Below, piece by piece: positions 11,501 through 24,625 of a stretch of 64,000 nt of DNA (the stretch's first letter is position 1; each line of letters starts with the position of its first letter). This DNA comes from Euglena gracilis. Lineage: Eukaryota. The notes under the pieces are model-generated. The model worked only from the letters and a program-made list of their open reading frames with translations. It was not told the origin of the DNA and made no database searches. The stretch is from assembly GCA_039621445.1 (NCBI GenBank), contig CP154954.1, positions 23,138,954-23,202,953 of the forward strand, in the 5' to 3' direction. The position numbers and the translations under genes are program-made.

Positions 11501-12700
11501 GAAGAAGACAACTAATCACCTCCTTTTTTTGAAGAAATAACATGCCCCCCCCCCCGATCAAGCCGACCGGGGTTTCGGGCCTCACTTGCACAAAGGTGGG
11601 GGTATGATAAAATAGCCAATCAAACCGATTGGAGAAAGGGGCCCCCCCCACGAGTGCCACCGACCCGTGAGAGGGGAGAAATGAAAAATCACAGATTCCT
11701 CTTTCGATGCAAACAATAAGTGTGTGGTGACGAGGTCAGGCCAGCGAGTGGCATGGGTAAAAGGGCTAAATTGTCAACTCCACGCGTTCACTCCGTGTGC
11801 TCCTCGTACACTGGTACCAGAAAGCAACTCCTTGAAATAGTTTGAACTCCGTCTTCAGTTCATCCAATTCAGAGTCCCAGCCTTCAAATTGATAATAGGT
11901 GAACGAAACGGATAGTGATGGTTGCCAGAGCCAAACGCCTCGTCGACGTTCGGGGTGTTGGGCTTCGGCGTCTTCCTTGGGTGCCGGTTTGCCTCCCCTT
12001 AGTGTGGTCGCAAACCATGCACACCGTTATGTGGGGGTTCCTTCCCCCACTTAAAAATTTGGCAATATGGCTTAGCCCAGCCAAACCGACAGGCAATCTC
12101 AAATCCACATTGCCAATTACCCCCCCCTCCAAAACTTGGAGGAGGCTGTCAAGAGAACAAACCCACGGTTGTGCTTCCGGTGGTTTGTCCTCTTTAAGAA
12201 ATTTTGGTGAAACTTCCAAACCGGAATCCACCCACAACAACATAAACAAAACGGGTGGCAATCATACACACATTCAACCTTTTGCTTTTTTTGTTGTTGG
12301 CCATATCCCTTCCCGTTCCGGGGTGGGATCCTTTGATTGGAAAACACCCACCCGTATAAAAAACAAGATGCCTGGCTAGTTTCCCCCTAGCCACGAGAAT
12401 CCTTCATTCACCCTTGAAATCCTTTCACGGGAGTTTAATGGAAAATGACAAAAAAATCAACAGGGGCAATGAAATGTCCTCGATTGCCCACACTAGCCTC
12501 ACCCAAACCAGGGTGTAGTGGTGAATGAAAGCTTCAGGGGAGAAATGAAAAATGAAACCAATGACGAGGAAACTCCCGTCATTTTACCCAGGGCCTCAGC
12601 CCTGTGATGGGGTCCACCTGCATCTGTGAAGGGGCATAGAATGGGACCCCCCCCCAGGCAACCTCCCCAGGCCCTTTTTCACCTCTCCTTTCCCCCTTTT

Positions 12701-15700
12701 TTAGGTTGCCGTTGCCTTTAAATCCTTAGAGACATCTAGCGGCAACCCTTTTACCAGGCAATACGCTATTACGTCGCTATTGTACTCCTGGAAAAAATGT
12801 TCCACCGGTTCCCAATTCGCCTCCTCAAACCCTTGCCACTTCGTTAAGAAAAACATTTTTCCCTTAACGAATTTGTGGTTTAGGATTTTATCCACTAACC
12901 AGGTATCTGGGGCACCTTCCGCCTTAGGTACCGTCCGCCGGTGGAAAAACAGGGAGATAGGCTTATCGGATGTTGGGTCCTCCACATATACCTTCAAAGC
13001 CTTCCGATGGGCCTTCATAATATGGCCCGGTTTGACCTCAATTAGGTAGGAATGAATTCCCTCCCTTGCGGTAACTTTGCAAGGGCACAACCAACGGGAA
13101 TCCAATTTTGTGCCCCTGGGGTCTCAGGTACCACACCAGATTCCCCACCTCCATTGGCTTCCAACCGTCTAAACCATGGTTGGCCCGAGCACATTGCTTG
13201 GCATGCAAATTATTCATTTTGCCAGCCACTACCAAAATCAATTTCTCTTTGCCGAGAGAAAAATGATCTGGCATCTTCACAATCCCTTAACGGTTCATAA
13301 GGTAAACCACCCAATGAACGGTGTCGACCGAACAAAATTTGAAATGGGCTTAGGCCACTCTCCCCAGGCGTATCATGGATACGGTCTAGTGCTTGGGGGA
13401 GGGCTTCAACCCAATTCAATTTGTCCTCAACCTGAGTCTTTTTGAGCCGTTCCATTATTTGTTGGCCAGCCCTCTCCGCCCTACCATTCGCCTAGTGATG
13501 GTAGACCTGGGAGTAGGCTTGCCTAATTCCCATCAAGGCACACATTGTCTGCCACCAACCGGCGACAAAGTGTGAGCCTAGATCGGAAGTAATAATGGAA
13601 GGGACACCAAAAGGTCTCCAAGCATGCAACAGCATTTGCTTGGCTGCCTTGGCCCCCGTAAATCCTTTTGCTAGGTGGGGGATCGCCACTATCCAACCGG
13701 AGTGACGATCCACACACACAAGTATGGAGTCGTAAGAATTGCCTTCCCACTCCACGAGAGACATGCTCAACATGTCAAGGGCCACCGAGTACATTACGGC
13801 TGGGGGTATGGGTGTAGATTCCACTAAACCCTTAATACTCGCCGGCCTTCGGCACGCTTGGCAAGTCCCACAAAGGCCCATGACTCCTTTAGCAAAATCT
13901 CGAGCGAGTGAGGAATCAGCCCAGTCATACCTAAGGGACATACATTCTCATAGCCTTGGGAATCCCACATGCCCTTGGTATGAGTGGTGATCCCGAATGA
14001 GATTTTCTTGGAGAGATTTGGGCACACAAAGCCTCTCCTCGAAAAACATTTTGTCACCAAAAACCTTGATATTTTCAGGCCACGGCACCTTTGAATCCTG
14101 GGTAGCCTGAAAAATTGGTGACCAACGGGGACATTTTAAATATTCCTCCTTCCACGGTAAATCCCACACAGAACCAGGGGGGATGGGTGAGGAATCGGTT
14201 GTAGAAGTGGCTTCCCCCCCCCTCACCACCCAAACCACCTGAAGACAACACAGGTGATTCTCGGTCTGCCCCAGGTACCTCAGTGGTAGCCGCGGCAGCA
14301 GGTGCAGGGGTTGGCATTGTTGGCGAAGCTGGTATAGAAGTGGGTGTCAATGGACAATGCTCCCCGCTTGGCCTCCTCCACCAGACTTGTCTCATTCCCA
14401 AACTCGTCAACCCGAGTTGAGAATGAAACATGTTTTCCTTTTTCTCCCTTGGAGGTGGAGGTTGAACCCAAAACCTGGGGTTTTGTTCCTCCAAGTGGTT
14501 CTGACTTCCTATCTCCCGGTCGTGTGCACCGTCCACCCGCGTCCCCGGACCCCGTGGTAGCACCACCCCGTGTGGTGACTCCACGAATGTATGTGTTGGC
14601 TGTGGTGGGTTGGTCCACCAACCGCAGCCACATACATTCTGCTTCTTCCAATTTTTCGGTTTGAGTGATTTCCCTCATTTCCTCGGTGTCAAGGGCTGAC
14701 CCATGCCATGAATGTCCTTCAAGGCTTGGGAGGCCGGGTAAGCCCATCTTGACAATAAATCGGCTATGGTATTCTCCCGCCCCGGGATATACCCAACCGA
14801 AAAGTCAAATTTTGATAATATTTGATGCCACCTAGCCCTTCTCCCAATGGGACCACTTGGCGTATCTAGAACCTCTCTAGCCCAAGATTCTAGAGCCTTG
14901 TGGTCCGTGAGAACCAGGACGGGCTGCAGCCCAATCCATGATTCCCACTTTTGTAAGGCTAGGATTATGGCATAAGTCTCCTGTTCCCTAGGTACCCAGT
15001 TTCTTTGGCTGCCCGTTAGCTTCCTACTCATGAAAGCGACAAGCACAGTACGCTTGGCCCGTACGTCTTCAGGAGTAGGAGCCCTATCCTCCCCAACCAA
15101 TTGTTCAAGGGTGGCACCAACCGCATACTGGCTGGCATCCACTCTTAAAACAAATGGTTTGTCTGGCTTAACGTTTTGCAGAATTAATTCACTGCACAAC
15201 AGTGATTTAATTTTCTCAAATGCCTCAATGTCGGATGGTTCCCAAGAAATCCTTTTCTTGGAACCCTTCTTGCCGTCCACTCGAGAAACTTTGAGCTTAT
15301 CTTGAAGGCAAGCAACAATGTGGGCGTAATCCATCACGTAGGAGCTGTAATAATTTGTGAACCCCAGAAAAGCACGTAAACCCGTGATTGTTTGGGGTAG
15401 CTCCCATTTTTCAATGGCCATTAGCTTTCCAGGGGATGGTTTTCTCACCCCACCACCCAGAACATGGCCACAAAACTCAACTTCTTTTACGAAAAGACGG
15501 CATTTTCTTTTGTCAGCCACAAATCTTTCTTTTCGTAAAACTTCAAGGACTCTTCGCAAATCCTTGTCATGTGCTACGAGTAAATCCTCACCAGGACCCA
15601 CTCGAGTTCCAATCAAAATGTCGTCGATGTAAGGATCAGCCACGTCCCCCACCGGGAAGAGGCGATCCTCCATCATTTGCTTAAACTGCTGGCTTGCTTT

Positions 15701-16960
15701 TGTTAGACCCATCACATCAACCCTCCACTGAAACAGACCGAGGGGGGTACTACAACATGTGATGGGCCGGCTTTCCGGGTCCAACGGCTGTTGGTGGAAA
15801 GCCTGCCGTAAATCCAAGATGGAAAACATCATGTTTCCGCCTTGTTTTACCAGGAGGTCTTCAATTACGGGAAGGGGGTAGGACACACGCCTAGTTTGAC
15901 TGTTAGGCCCCCGCATGTCTACCACTCCCCTCCATTCACCTCCTTTTTTCGGCACTACAAATGTTACGGACAGCCATTCCGAAACTGTTCCCTTGGGTAA
16001 TCGTTCAACAAAATTCTGGTCCCACCATTCCTGTGTGACCTTTTTGTGAGCTTCAAATCTTTCACCGTGTAAGACAAAAGGTTTTTGCCTTGTGGGTACA
16101 GTCCCCTCCTTCAGAGGAATCTGGGCGTAACCATAAGGTCCCCGAACGGGAGGGTCAGGGGGTACCTCCGTACCCAACACCTCCCCTTCAAAATCCTGAA
16201 AAACTTTATCCCGAAATGCTACCACCCTGGGGTCCTCCTTCTCACCCGAGTCGCGAGCCTGGATTATGGCATTCACTGCCTTGTCCTCGGCTGGCGATTC
16301 GGTGAGATGGTTAGATATGGTATGCAATTCCTTCTTACCAAGGAATTCGGGTTGCATATCAAAGCCTTGCAAGGGTAGGTGTAAATTCATTTTTTGCAGG
16401 TCCAACCACACTTTTTCATTTTCAAGGGACTCCGTGGTTGGTGCGTTTTCAAGGGATTCTCCGAAGTCAGAAACCACAACCCCAATTCTTTTTTTTTCTT
16501 TCTTTTTTTTTGTGTGGTTGTGAATTGTGTTTTTTCTTCCCATTATGGGATTTCCGTTTCTGATTTCTTGTATCCCACCCGTACAAGAAAGTCAGATTAG
16601 GATTGTCAAAAACCAAGGCCTTATGGTGTGGGAACACACCCAAACCATGTTCGGCTAACCATGGAAATGATAATATAGCATCTACCTCAATATCCGCGAG
16701 GTAGAATTCCCTCTTCTAGGTACAAGGCCTGGGCGCCCGCCTGCCCCGTACCCCTTCGTTGAAAACCCAACTCCAACTTAATACACTGGTCGCCCCCCAA
16801 AACGCATTGGCCGTTGGCAGCCACCAGCCGAATTGGCATTCGCGGTGACCTGGCCAAATGTTTTGGAACGATGGACTTTTTGACCAGGTTCACCTGGGCT
16901 CCCTTGTCAACAAAAACTCTGAGCTGCCTGGCACTCCTTTAGGGAGATACGTCTGTGATA
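12701..16960 (-). pseudogene. pol: Element C unit 1 pol: protease-RT-RNaseH-integrase-chromodomain
   Basis: ORFs 14675-16543 (YIDD, LRVDAS, LTDHK), 13492-13941 (CGTCQ, VALD, SDLG) and 12701-13105 (WLVDKILNHK..FLTKWQGF..NWEP). The protease DTG is mutated to DKG at ~16905. Confidence 0.95.
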
Positions 16961-17109
16961 GCATCAAAAGTTGCAGCTCGTTTTCAATGGGCAACACCTG
17001 ATTAACCTTCGAGGTGTTGGCCAAATGACAACAACGGTCTGGAATTTCCCAAATCCTCAAAGTCCTGGGAATTTTGGGAAATTTCTTTGGGCTGCCCCCC
17101 CAGAAAATG

Positions 17110-17725
17110 CCCAGCACTTAGGGGATAATCAATCACCAGGGGGGTATTCTTCCTTTTTGTCGGGGGGTGAACTTCATTTTTCTGCCCCCCAACAATTCAC
17201 GGTGCCGGAACTGCCATTGTCCCCCATCACCAGGTTAGGACACGATTCGCCATCGCACAACACCGACCGTAATTGTGAAATGGCTGGGCAGCACCAGAAA
17301 CGTGTGGGCTTTTTATAACCCCAATCCGAAAACTGACAATAATCAATGTCGATATAGGGCAGGTTTTTCACCACCTCCCTATTTCGCAAAAGACCAGTGC
17401 GGGGGTTCTCCAACCACCACAACTTTGGCTGAAAAAAAATTTATAATTTCCAGGGCTTTCTCCACCAGGGCATCCGCCTGGGAGAAATCCCTCGGCCTGG
17501 GGTTATAGGCTGTGGAATAAATATTACAGGGGGGACTAGCGGCAATAACCTCAAAAAATCCAACCGGGTATCGCCTGTAGTCCCAGGTCAAAGTGTCTGT
17601 GTGGGGGTGGAAGTCCGTCCAGGGGGCATTTTCAATTGACAAAACTTCATACCCCCGTTCTGCCAACCGCCTCCCTACTGAACCCGTGCCAGCGAATAAA
17701 TCTAATGCCTGAGGTCGCTGGACTG
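17110..17725 (-). pseudogene. C5-cytosine methyltransferase domain, element C unit 1 (frameshift in a homopolymer run)
   Basis: ALDLFAGTGS, ASPPC, then WWLENP and DYCQFSDWGYKKPTRFW in a second frame. Confidence 0.92.
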
Positions 17726-17964
17726 ATGGTAGGGGGTTGGGCTGTGGCAGGTTTGTGTGCAAAATGGGAACCCTTGAACATTTCCCTTCCCTCCAGGAGT
17801 ATTGGGTCCGATTCAAAAATCTGGGGGGCTGATCCAAAGAATGTTTCTCACCACACCCCGAATCAGCCATAAAATCCTGTACAGCCCAGTTTTTTGAATC
17901 AGAAATATTTACACCGTTTTCCTCACAGGGGGGAGAGACACGGCCATGGGCAGCCCCCCCCCTC

Positions 17965-20900
17965 TCAAACTGCCCCTGGCCCCCCTATTGGGCCCCAGGG
18001 GGAGAAGAGGTTGGCCCACCCCTTTGACCATGCACCCCCCTTGCCTGAGGAATTTCGCTGAGTGGCTGGCTGCCCTGTACCCTTGGGCTGCCCCTTCTCT
18101 TTTCCATTATTTTGCCAAAATTCCTTAGATTTAGCAGGGGCCTCACTCAGCGGTTTTTCACACTCATAAAAATAATGTCCACACTCCCCACAGTTGAAGC
18201 ACGGATATGGCGACCTGCCCCGACCCGATGCCTGCGGGGTCCAGGTCTGCCCCCCTTTGCCTTGCCGGGCTGGGGGAGTTGGACTTTGGGTCCGCGACCA
18301 TGAAGCTGCACCTGGCCGCGAAGCTGAAGATGGGGACCTGCCACGTGGGGCTGGCTGGGCTGCCCCCTTATCGCCCTTCGCAGCTGGCTGTGGGGCAGAT
18401 TTTGAGGTGTGACCCTGCCCTCCAGCCGCTGGTGTTGACACAGAGGTTGGGGACACCGGGGGGGTTTGGCCTTTTTCCAACACCTGTATTTTCCCTGAGC
18501 CTTTTGTTGTTGATTTGCTGAATAATCTGGGAAAATGGTGCTGATTCAAAGCCAAATCCTGCTTTTCCCGAGGAGCCAACCTGCCCTCGGCAAAAGCAAA
18601 CATTTCCTCAACGGTCATTAGTTGTTCCACCAATTCGGCGTTGAGGAAATTTTCCATGCCCTGCAATTTCCTTCCATTTACGGCTGTTAATTTCAGTGCC
18701 TCCTCCGAAGACCTGAAATAAATAAGGCAAATGGCACCAGGGTTTTTGAAAACCACTTTCCGTGGATCAATCCCCCCAGTGATCTGGCTCACACTCCTTT
18801 TATCCCCATCCACCGTGTGATTTGGTATCCCTGTGAGCCTGACAATGGGTTGTTTACGGGCTCGGTTATCCTCCTCTTCTATGCAAAACTTGCTTAAAAA
18901 AGGAGGAATTCTTTCCAAAAATAATCGCCGAGCCTCCCCGGCTGTGGCATCCTTAACATGGTGCCAGGCACTGCAAAATTTAATCCAAAATTCTTGCAGA
19001 TCAGCCCGGGTATTTTCCCTTCGTTAACCATGGTTACCTCCTGCCATATTTTCCGAGCCGTTAGCCCCTTACTCGAAGCATTACGACTCTGGAACTGGGC
19101 CAATATGGTGGGGTAACTTAATTTAGCTCCATTCAGCCGATAGAGCCTGATTTCCTCCCTTAACGTGGGTCCTAAACATGCCTCAAAAACCTGCAGCTTT
19201 TGCAAATCAGAATACGGTTTCCCTGATGTCAACCTGTCCCAGTAAAGATTCCAATCTACTTCAGAATCTTGCCAGGAAATGCTGCCCGATTCATCAAAAT
19301 AGGGCTTAGCACCTCCCTGCAAAATTTCAAAAGCTACTGGTTCACCAATAAAAGGAAAACCCAACCCGTTACCTGGGTTGGCTGCAGCCCCCCCTGTCCC
19401 GATAGGCCTAATCGAGAAAGCAGAGGCTGCAGAAACGTGTGGAGGGACACACAATGACACAGAAGAAACCACTGCTGTGTCTTGCGTGCCCTCCAAAACA
19501 AATCCCCCCTCAATAACTAAGGGAGGGGAAATGTTTGAACCTGCAGATTTATTTTGCAAAAAATTCTGATCTGAAAAAGCTGGGTCAGCACTGGGCACCG
19601 TGCTGGCCAGAGGGCTGGAAGGCTGCCCCAGGGGCTGCTGCTGTCCAGCCGACGGCAGGCCCAGCACCCTTGGCAGCCCGTGAGCAGGCAGCGCCTGGCC
19701 TGCTGGCTGGCCAGGCTGCTGGGCTAGCTGGACGACGGGCTGCTGGGCCAGCTGCTGCCCAGGCTGTGGCAGCCCAACTGGGTGCAGGGGCTGCTGGCTG
19801 CCCTGCCGCAGCCACCACATGTCAGAAATTTTCTGCAAAACTCCTCTCGGTTCTGCAGTTGGGTGTACGGGTCCATTTTGTTGTAAATCCTGCAACACTT
19901 TCTGCAACTCGAAAGTGTTCCCCCCAACTTTTGCAAGTCCCTCCCTTAATTCCTCCACCAGCCCACCAAATTTCTTCTCCTGGGAAAAAATCTGCTGATG
20001 AACACTCTGAAAATTCTGCTGACAATCCGTCAACAGTTTTTGCATTTCTGAGTGTCGTTTCCCTGCTTCATCTGAAATATTCTGGTGCAGTTTCTGAATA
20101 CCACCACCAAAACCATGGAGGGCCGTATTCGTTGCTGAATTTTGCTCACTCAGCTGGCGAACATAATCAGCGAACTGCTGGAGCTGCCGAGCCTGGCCCT
20201 GTACCGTACTACGCAGCGATACCAGGTCTGCCTGAACTTCAATGTTTTTGGCAGCGACAACGGCCAGCTCCTGGAGAGTTTCTGCTTCCCCCCTTGAGCT
20301 GGCTGGGCGGCTTTAAAATTCTCAGCGAACCGCTGAAAATTTTCAAGCCCGAGATCCTTAATTGGTAAGGCAGCCACCTAATTCTGCACTTGTTTCAAAA
20401 TTTCCTGTGGCAGGCTCTCCAAAATTCGTAAAAACTCCTGCCTCAGTGCGAAAAACTGATCACGGCTCGAAGAAAACTGTTGTGCCAGTTTTTCCTCAAA
20501 ACTTTTTTCCTGGCCGACAAAAAGTTCAAGTGCCTGTGCGTCAATTTTTTGCACAGAAATTTGCACCTGGGCCTCACATTTTTTCTCAAAAAGTTCAAAA
20601 ATATGGAGGCAGTCAGCCCTGGCCGTTTCTTCGATTCGTGCAGTCATGTGCTCCACCAGGTGGATGTCGACAGCAGGGGGTTGTTGCTGCTGCTGCTGCA
20701 GAACCCACTCTTTGTTGGCTTTTTCCAAAGCCAAAACCCGAAAATTCGGGTGCTGCACTGTCCACTGGAGGTCTCTGTTACTTTGTAAAAATTGCCCCCA
20801 GGGGTCTTCAAATCCCTGATTTTGTGAACCCCCCCCTGGGGGTGGCTTCAGAACTTTCATGGGCTGGGGGTTGGACCTCCTCCTCACCCCCCTCGATGAA

Positions 20901-22007
20901 AATATGAGGAGGCTGGGGGGTTGCAGCAGCAGCTGGCTGACCGTGATCAACCTCACGGTGCAGCCGTTTTTGCTGAAGTTCATGACTGCCTGGTGATGAA
21001 GCCGGTGTTCGGGGTCGTCGAGCAGAAGTAGAGCTGGGCTGGTCATTCGGGTTTTCCTCTGCCTGCTCGACTTCTGCTCTGACCCGTTCGCTGCTGTCCC
21101 AGTTATTATTATTGTTTAAGCCCAGCACATTGACCTGTGCTTGCTCTTCAAAGAAAACTGGGCTGGGGTTATCACCCCCCTGCCCTGCCGAGGCACTTGC
21201 CGTTTCCTTCACCAGCCCATCTACCTGGGATGGTTGGGAAAACTGCAAAAATGCCACCGGCTCTTGGGCTGGTGTTGAAGAAACTGGTTGAGCTGGAGGC
21301 AAAGGCAATGCAAAAGCGGGTAATGATGGCAGATTCCCTATATTTTGTACCCATGAAAAGTCAGGGAGAGGTTGCAACTCGGGCAGCACAAAACCGTACC
21401 CCATATTTTGCAAAGGCAAAACCCCCGAAAAAGGCTCTGGAAAACACGGTTGGTTGGAAATGACAACCTGGCCATCCCCACCCTGAAATTCCAACATCTG
21501 TCCCATATTTGTGGGGGCTCTGAGTTCAGCCAAACTGGTTTCGGGTCCCAACTCCCTGTTCCCCGAAACTCTAATCGTCAGATTTACCATCTGAGATTGG
21601 GCCATTGGCTGATTGTCAAAGAAAACATTCTGAGCAGGGAATTCCAACCCAAAATTTCTGACAGAAGGCTGAAGGATCAACCTCTGCTTACCATGTTTCA
21701 CACCCGTGGTGCCATGTCCCACGGCAGCACTGGGGTGAAGCGGAATCCCCCGCACTGGGCCAGTTTCCGGCGTAGGATCTTTTTTTGGCTCCTCGAGCCG
21801 ACTTGTGTCGGAAATTTTCCCCCATTCTGCACCCCCCTGTGGCCGAAACTGGGCCATCATTTCCAAGGAGGAACTTCCCAGTGGACCCTCCCCGACCCCT
21901 GAGGGGGGTGTCACTGGGATCTCCAAGGGGGGTGCCTTTGGGGTTTCAACCCCTCCCTGCTCAGCTGAACCAGTGAGAGCCAACACCCCCCCCCCCCTGG
22001 GTGTCAT
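17965..22007 (-). pseudogene. gag: Element C unit 1 gag (Q-rich/coiled-coil, capsid-like, RRM-like, CCHC knuckle), fragmented
   Basis: Consecutive minus-strand ORFs 20808-22007, 20378-21046, 18894-20045 and 17965-18918, ending with CFNCGECGHYFYEC. Confidence 0.85.
21681..21693 (-). promoter_or_regulatory. Primer-binding site, unit 1 (tRNA-iMet-like)
   Basis: TGGTAAGCAGAGG directly after the LTR end. It differs by one inserted base from TGGTAGCAGAGG, the complement of a typical initiator tRNA-Met 3' end. Confidence 0.8.
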
Positions 22008-22802
22008 TTCTCACAGTTTCTGGGCCAAAAAGGGGGTTTTGGGGTGAAAATTGGCCTGTGGTTGCCTGAGTTGCGGAGTCCCACCCCCCTGCCCCTTTTC
22101 CCACAGATGAGGTGGGGGGAAGACAAACCTCACCTTCTTCAATTGAGCTTTCTTGATTGATTTGTTGTCCTTCCATTTGCAATTCCAATTGTAAATCCAA
22201 GTTCAATGATTGAATGTAATTGGTTGTAATTGACACAACAAATTCAATGGTGAAACAAGTGAAGAGGAAGACCCTGTGAAAAGAAAATGATTTTGATGCC
22301 CCTGATGGGCAGTTAAATTTAGGATTGAGTGCGCTGATTCCTAAGCGCTCTCAAATCCCAAATCCTGGCCCATTGCATCAAAATCAACCAACCCAAGTCA
22401 AAATCAAGGTTTCCCCTCTTGATTTTGATAAATTGTGCTGAATTCCATCATTATTGAGCTTTGAAAACCCCTGCAAAAACTCCAGGAACTCAGGCGCCAA
22501 TCTCTTAAAATTCTGTTCCAAGCGCTTGCAAGCGCTCTCACCAAATCCAACATTTTCCCTTAAAACCAAAGGAAAAATGCATAAAAAGCTTAAAAATATG
22601 CTAAATAGACCCAAAATCACCATTTGGGAATACCTAACATCACTCATTCTCTCTTCTTCAACAACCAAACCATGGGCGCCCTAGGAGAGGGAATTTTAAT
22701 GGAAATCTTTAGAAAGCCTGAAAATTAGAGCAAAACCGCCCTCAAAAGGCCTTCTAAAAGGAAAATCTCCGCCGCCCGGCGGGTGACCTCAAACGGTCGT
22801 CA
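21694..22802 (-). repeat. Element C LTR 2 (shared central LTR)
   Basis: Flanked by a PBS on one side and a PPT (22803-22813) on the other. Confidence 0.96.
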
Positions 22803-24625
22803 CTCCCCCCCTTGCGACGAAAGACGGGGGTTTCATTCCCCCTCCTTCTCGCTTTCCTTGGGATGGGAATGAAAGACACTTTGAATTTTTGTAACGCAAT
22901 TGCGATAACATTGTTCGGCAACGTGAATAGGTGGTGGCGTAACGGTGAGGAGGAATCTATAACCCATAGATCCCGTTCCACAACACCGAGCCCCCCCCCC
23001 CTCCACGGTTCTCACCACCGTGAAAGTAAGTGGGGGTGCAACACCACAAAAAAATTCTTTTTGAGTGGATAAGAAGCAGCCCCCCCCCCCCACGGTATTC
23101 CCAACCGTGAAGGGAATGGAGGGTCCATTATCACCAAAAATACTTTCGGTGATTGATGAAAATCAGCCCCCCACCCCGAGGGGAAGGCCTTGGGGAAAAG
23201 CTTGCCCCCCCCCCCCGGCGAGAGGTGGGTTTTACTTGCCCCCCCCCCCCCCGAGGGGAAGGACTTGGGGAAAAGATTGCCCCCCCCCCCGGGGAAGAGG
23301 TGGGCTCGACTTGCCCCCCACCCCCCGAGGGGAAAGCCTTGGGCAACCCCCCCCCCCCCCCCCGGGCAAAGGGAGGGCTTGCCTTGCCCCCCACCCCCCG
23401 GCGGGGAGGTTGAAGAAGACAACTAATCACCTCCTTTTTTTGAAGAAATAACATGCCCCCCCCCCCCGATCAAGCCGACCGGGGTTTCGGGCCTCACTTG
23501 CACAAAGGTGGGGGTATGATAAAATAGCCAATCAAACCGATTGGAGAAAGTGGCCCCCCCCACGAGTGCCACCGACGCGTGAGAGGGGAGCTAATGAAAA
23601 ATCACAGATTCCTCTTTCGATGCAAACAATAAGTGTGTGGTGACGAGGTCAGGCCAGCGAGTGGCATGGGTAAAACGGCTAAATTGTCATCTCCACGCGT
23701 TCACTCCATGTGCTCCGCGTACACGGATACCAGAAAGCAACTCCTTGAAATAGTTTGAACTCCGTCTTCAGTTCATCCAATTCAGAGTCCCAGACTTCAA
23801 ATTTGTAATCCGTCCTGAGTAGGTGAACGAAACGGATAGTGATGGTTGCCAGAGCCAAACGCCTCGTCGACGTTCGGGGTGTTGGGCTTCGGCGTCTTCC
23901 TTGGGTGCCGGTTTGCCTCCCCTTAGTGTGGTCGCAAACCATGCACACCGTTATGTGGGGGTTCCTTCCCCCACTTGAAAATTTGGCAATATGGCTTAGC
24001 CCAGCCAAACCGACAGGGCAATCTCAAATCCACATTGCCAATTACCCCCCCCTCCAATACTTGGAGGAGGCTGTCAAGAGAACAAACCCACGGTTGTGCT
24101 TCCGGTGGTTTGTCATCTTTAAGACATTTTGGTGAAACTTCCAAACCGGAATACACCCACAACAACATAAACAAAACGGGTGGCAATCACACACTCATTC
24201 AACCTTTTGCTTTTGTTGTTGTTGGCAATATCCCTTCCCGTTCCGGGGTGGGATCCTTTGATTGGAAAAGACCCACCCGTATAAAAAACAAGATCCCTGG
24301 CTAGTTTCCCCCTAGCCACGAGAATCCTTCATTCACCCTTGAAATCATTTCACGGGAGTTTAATGGAAAATGAAAAAAAAATCAACAGGGGCAATGAAAT
24401 GTACTCGATTGCCCACACCAGCCTCACCCAAACCAGGGTGTAGTGGTGAATGAAAGCTTCAGGGGAGAAATGAAAAATGAAACCAATGACGAGGAAACTC
24501 CCGTCATTTTTCCCAGGGCCTCAGCCCTGTGATGGGGTCCACCTGCATCTGTGAAGGGGCATAGAATGGGACCCCCCCCCAGGCAACCACCCCAGGCCCT
24601 TTTTCAACTCTCCTTTCCCCCCTTT

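Noticed and set aside
13490-13950. Stop-codon reassignment suggested by TAG for Q and TGA for W in both units of C
   Set aside because: Shared stops are explained by duplication after decay. Stops in element A replace various residues (R, W and others), as expected for random mutation.
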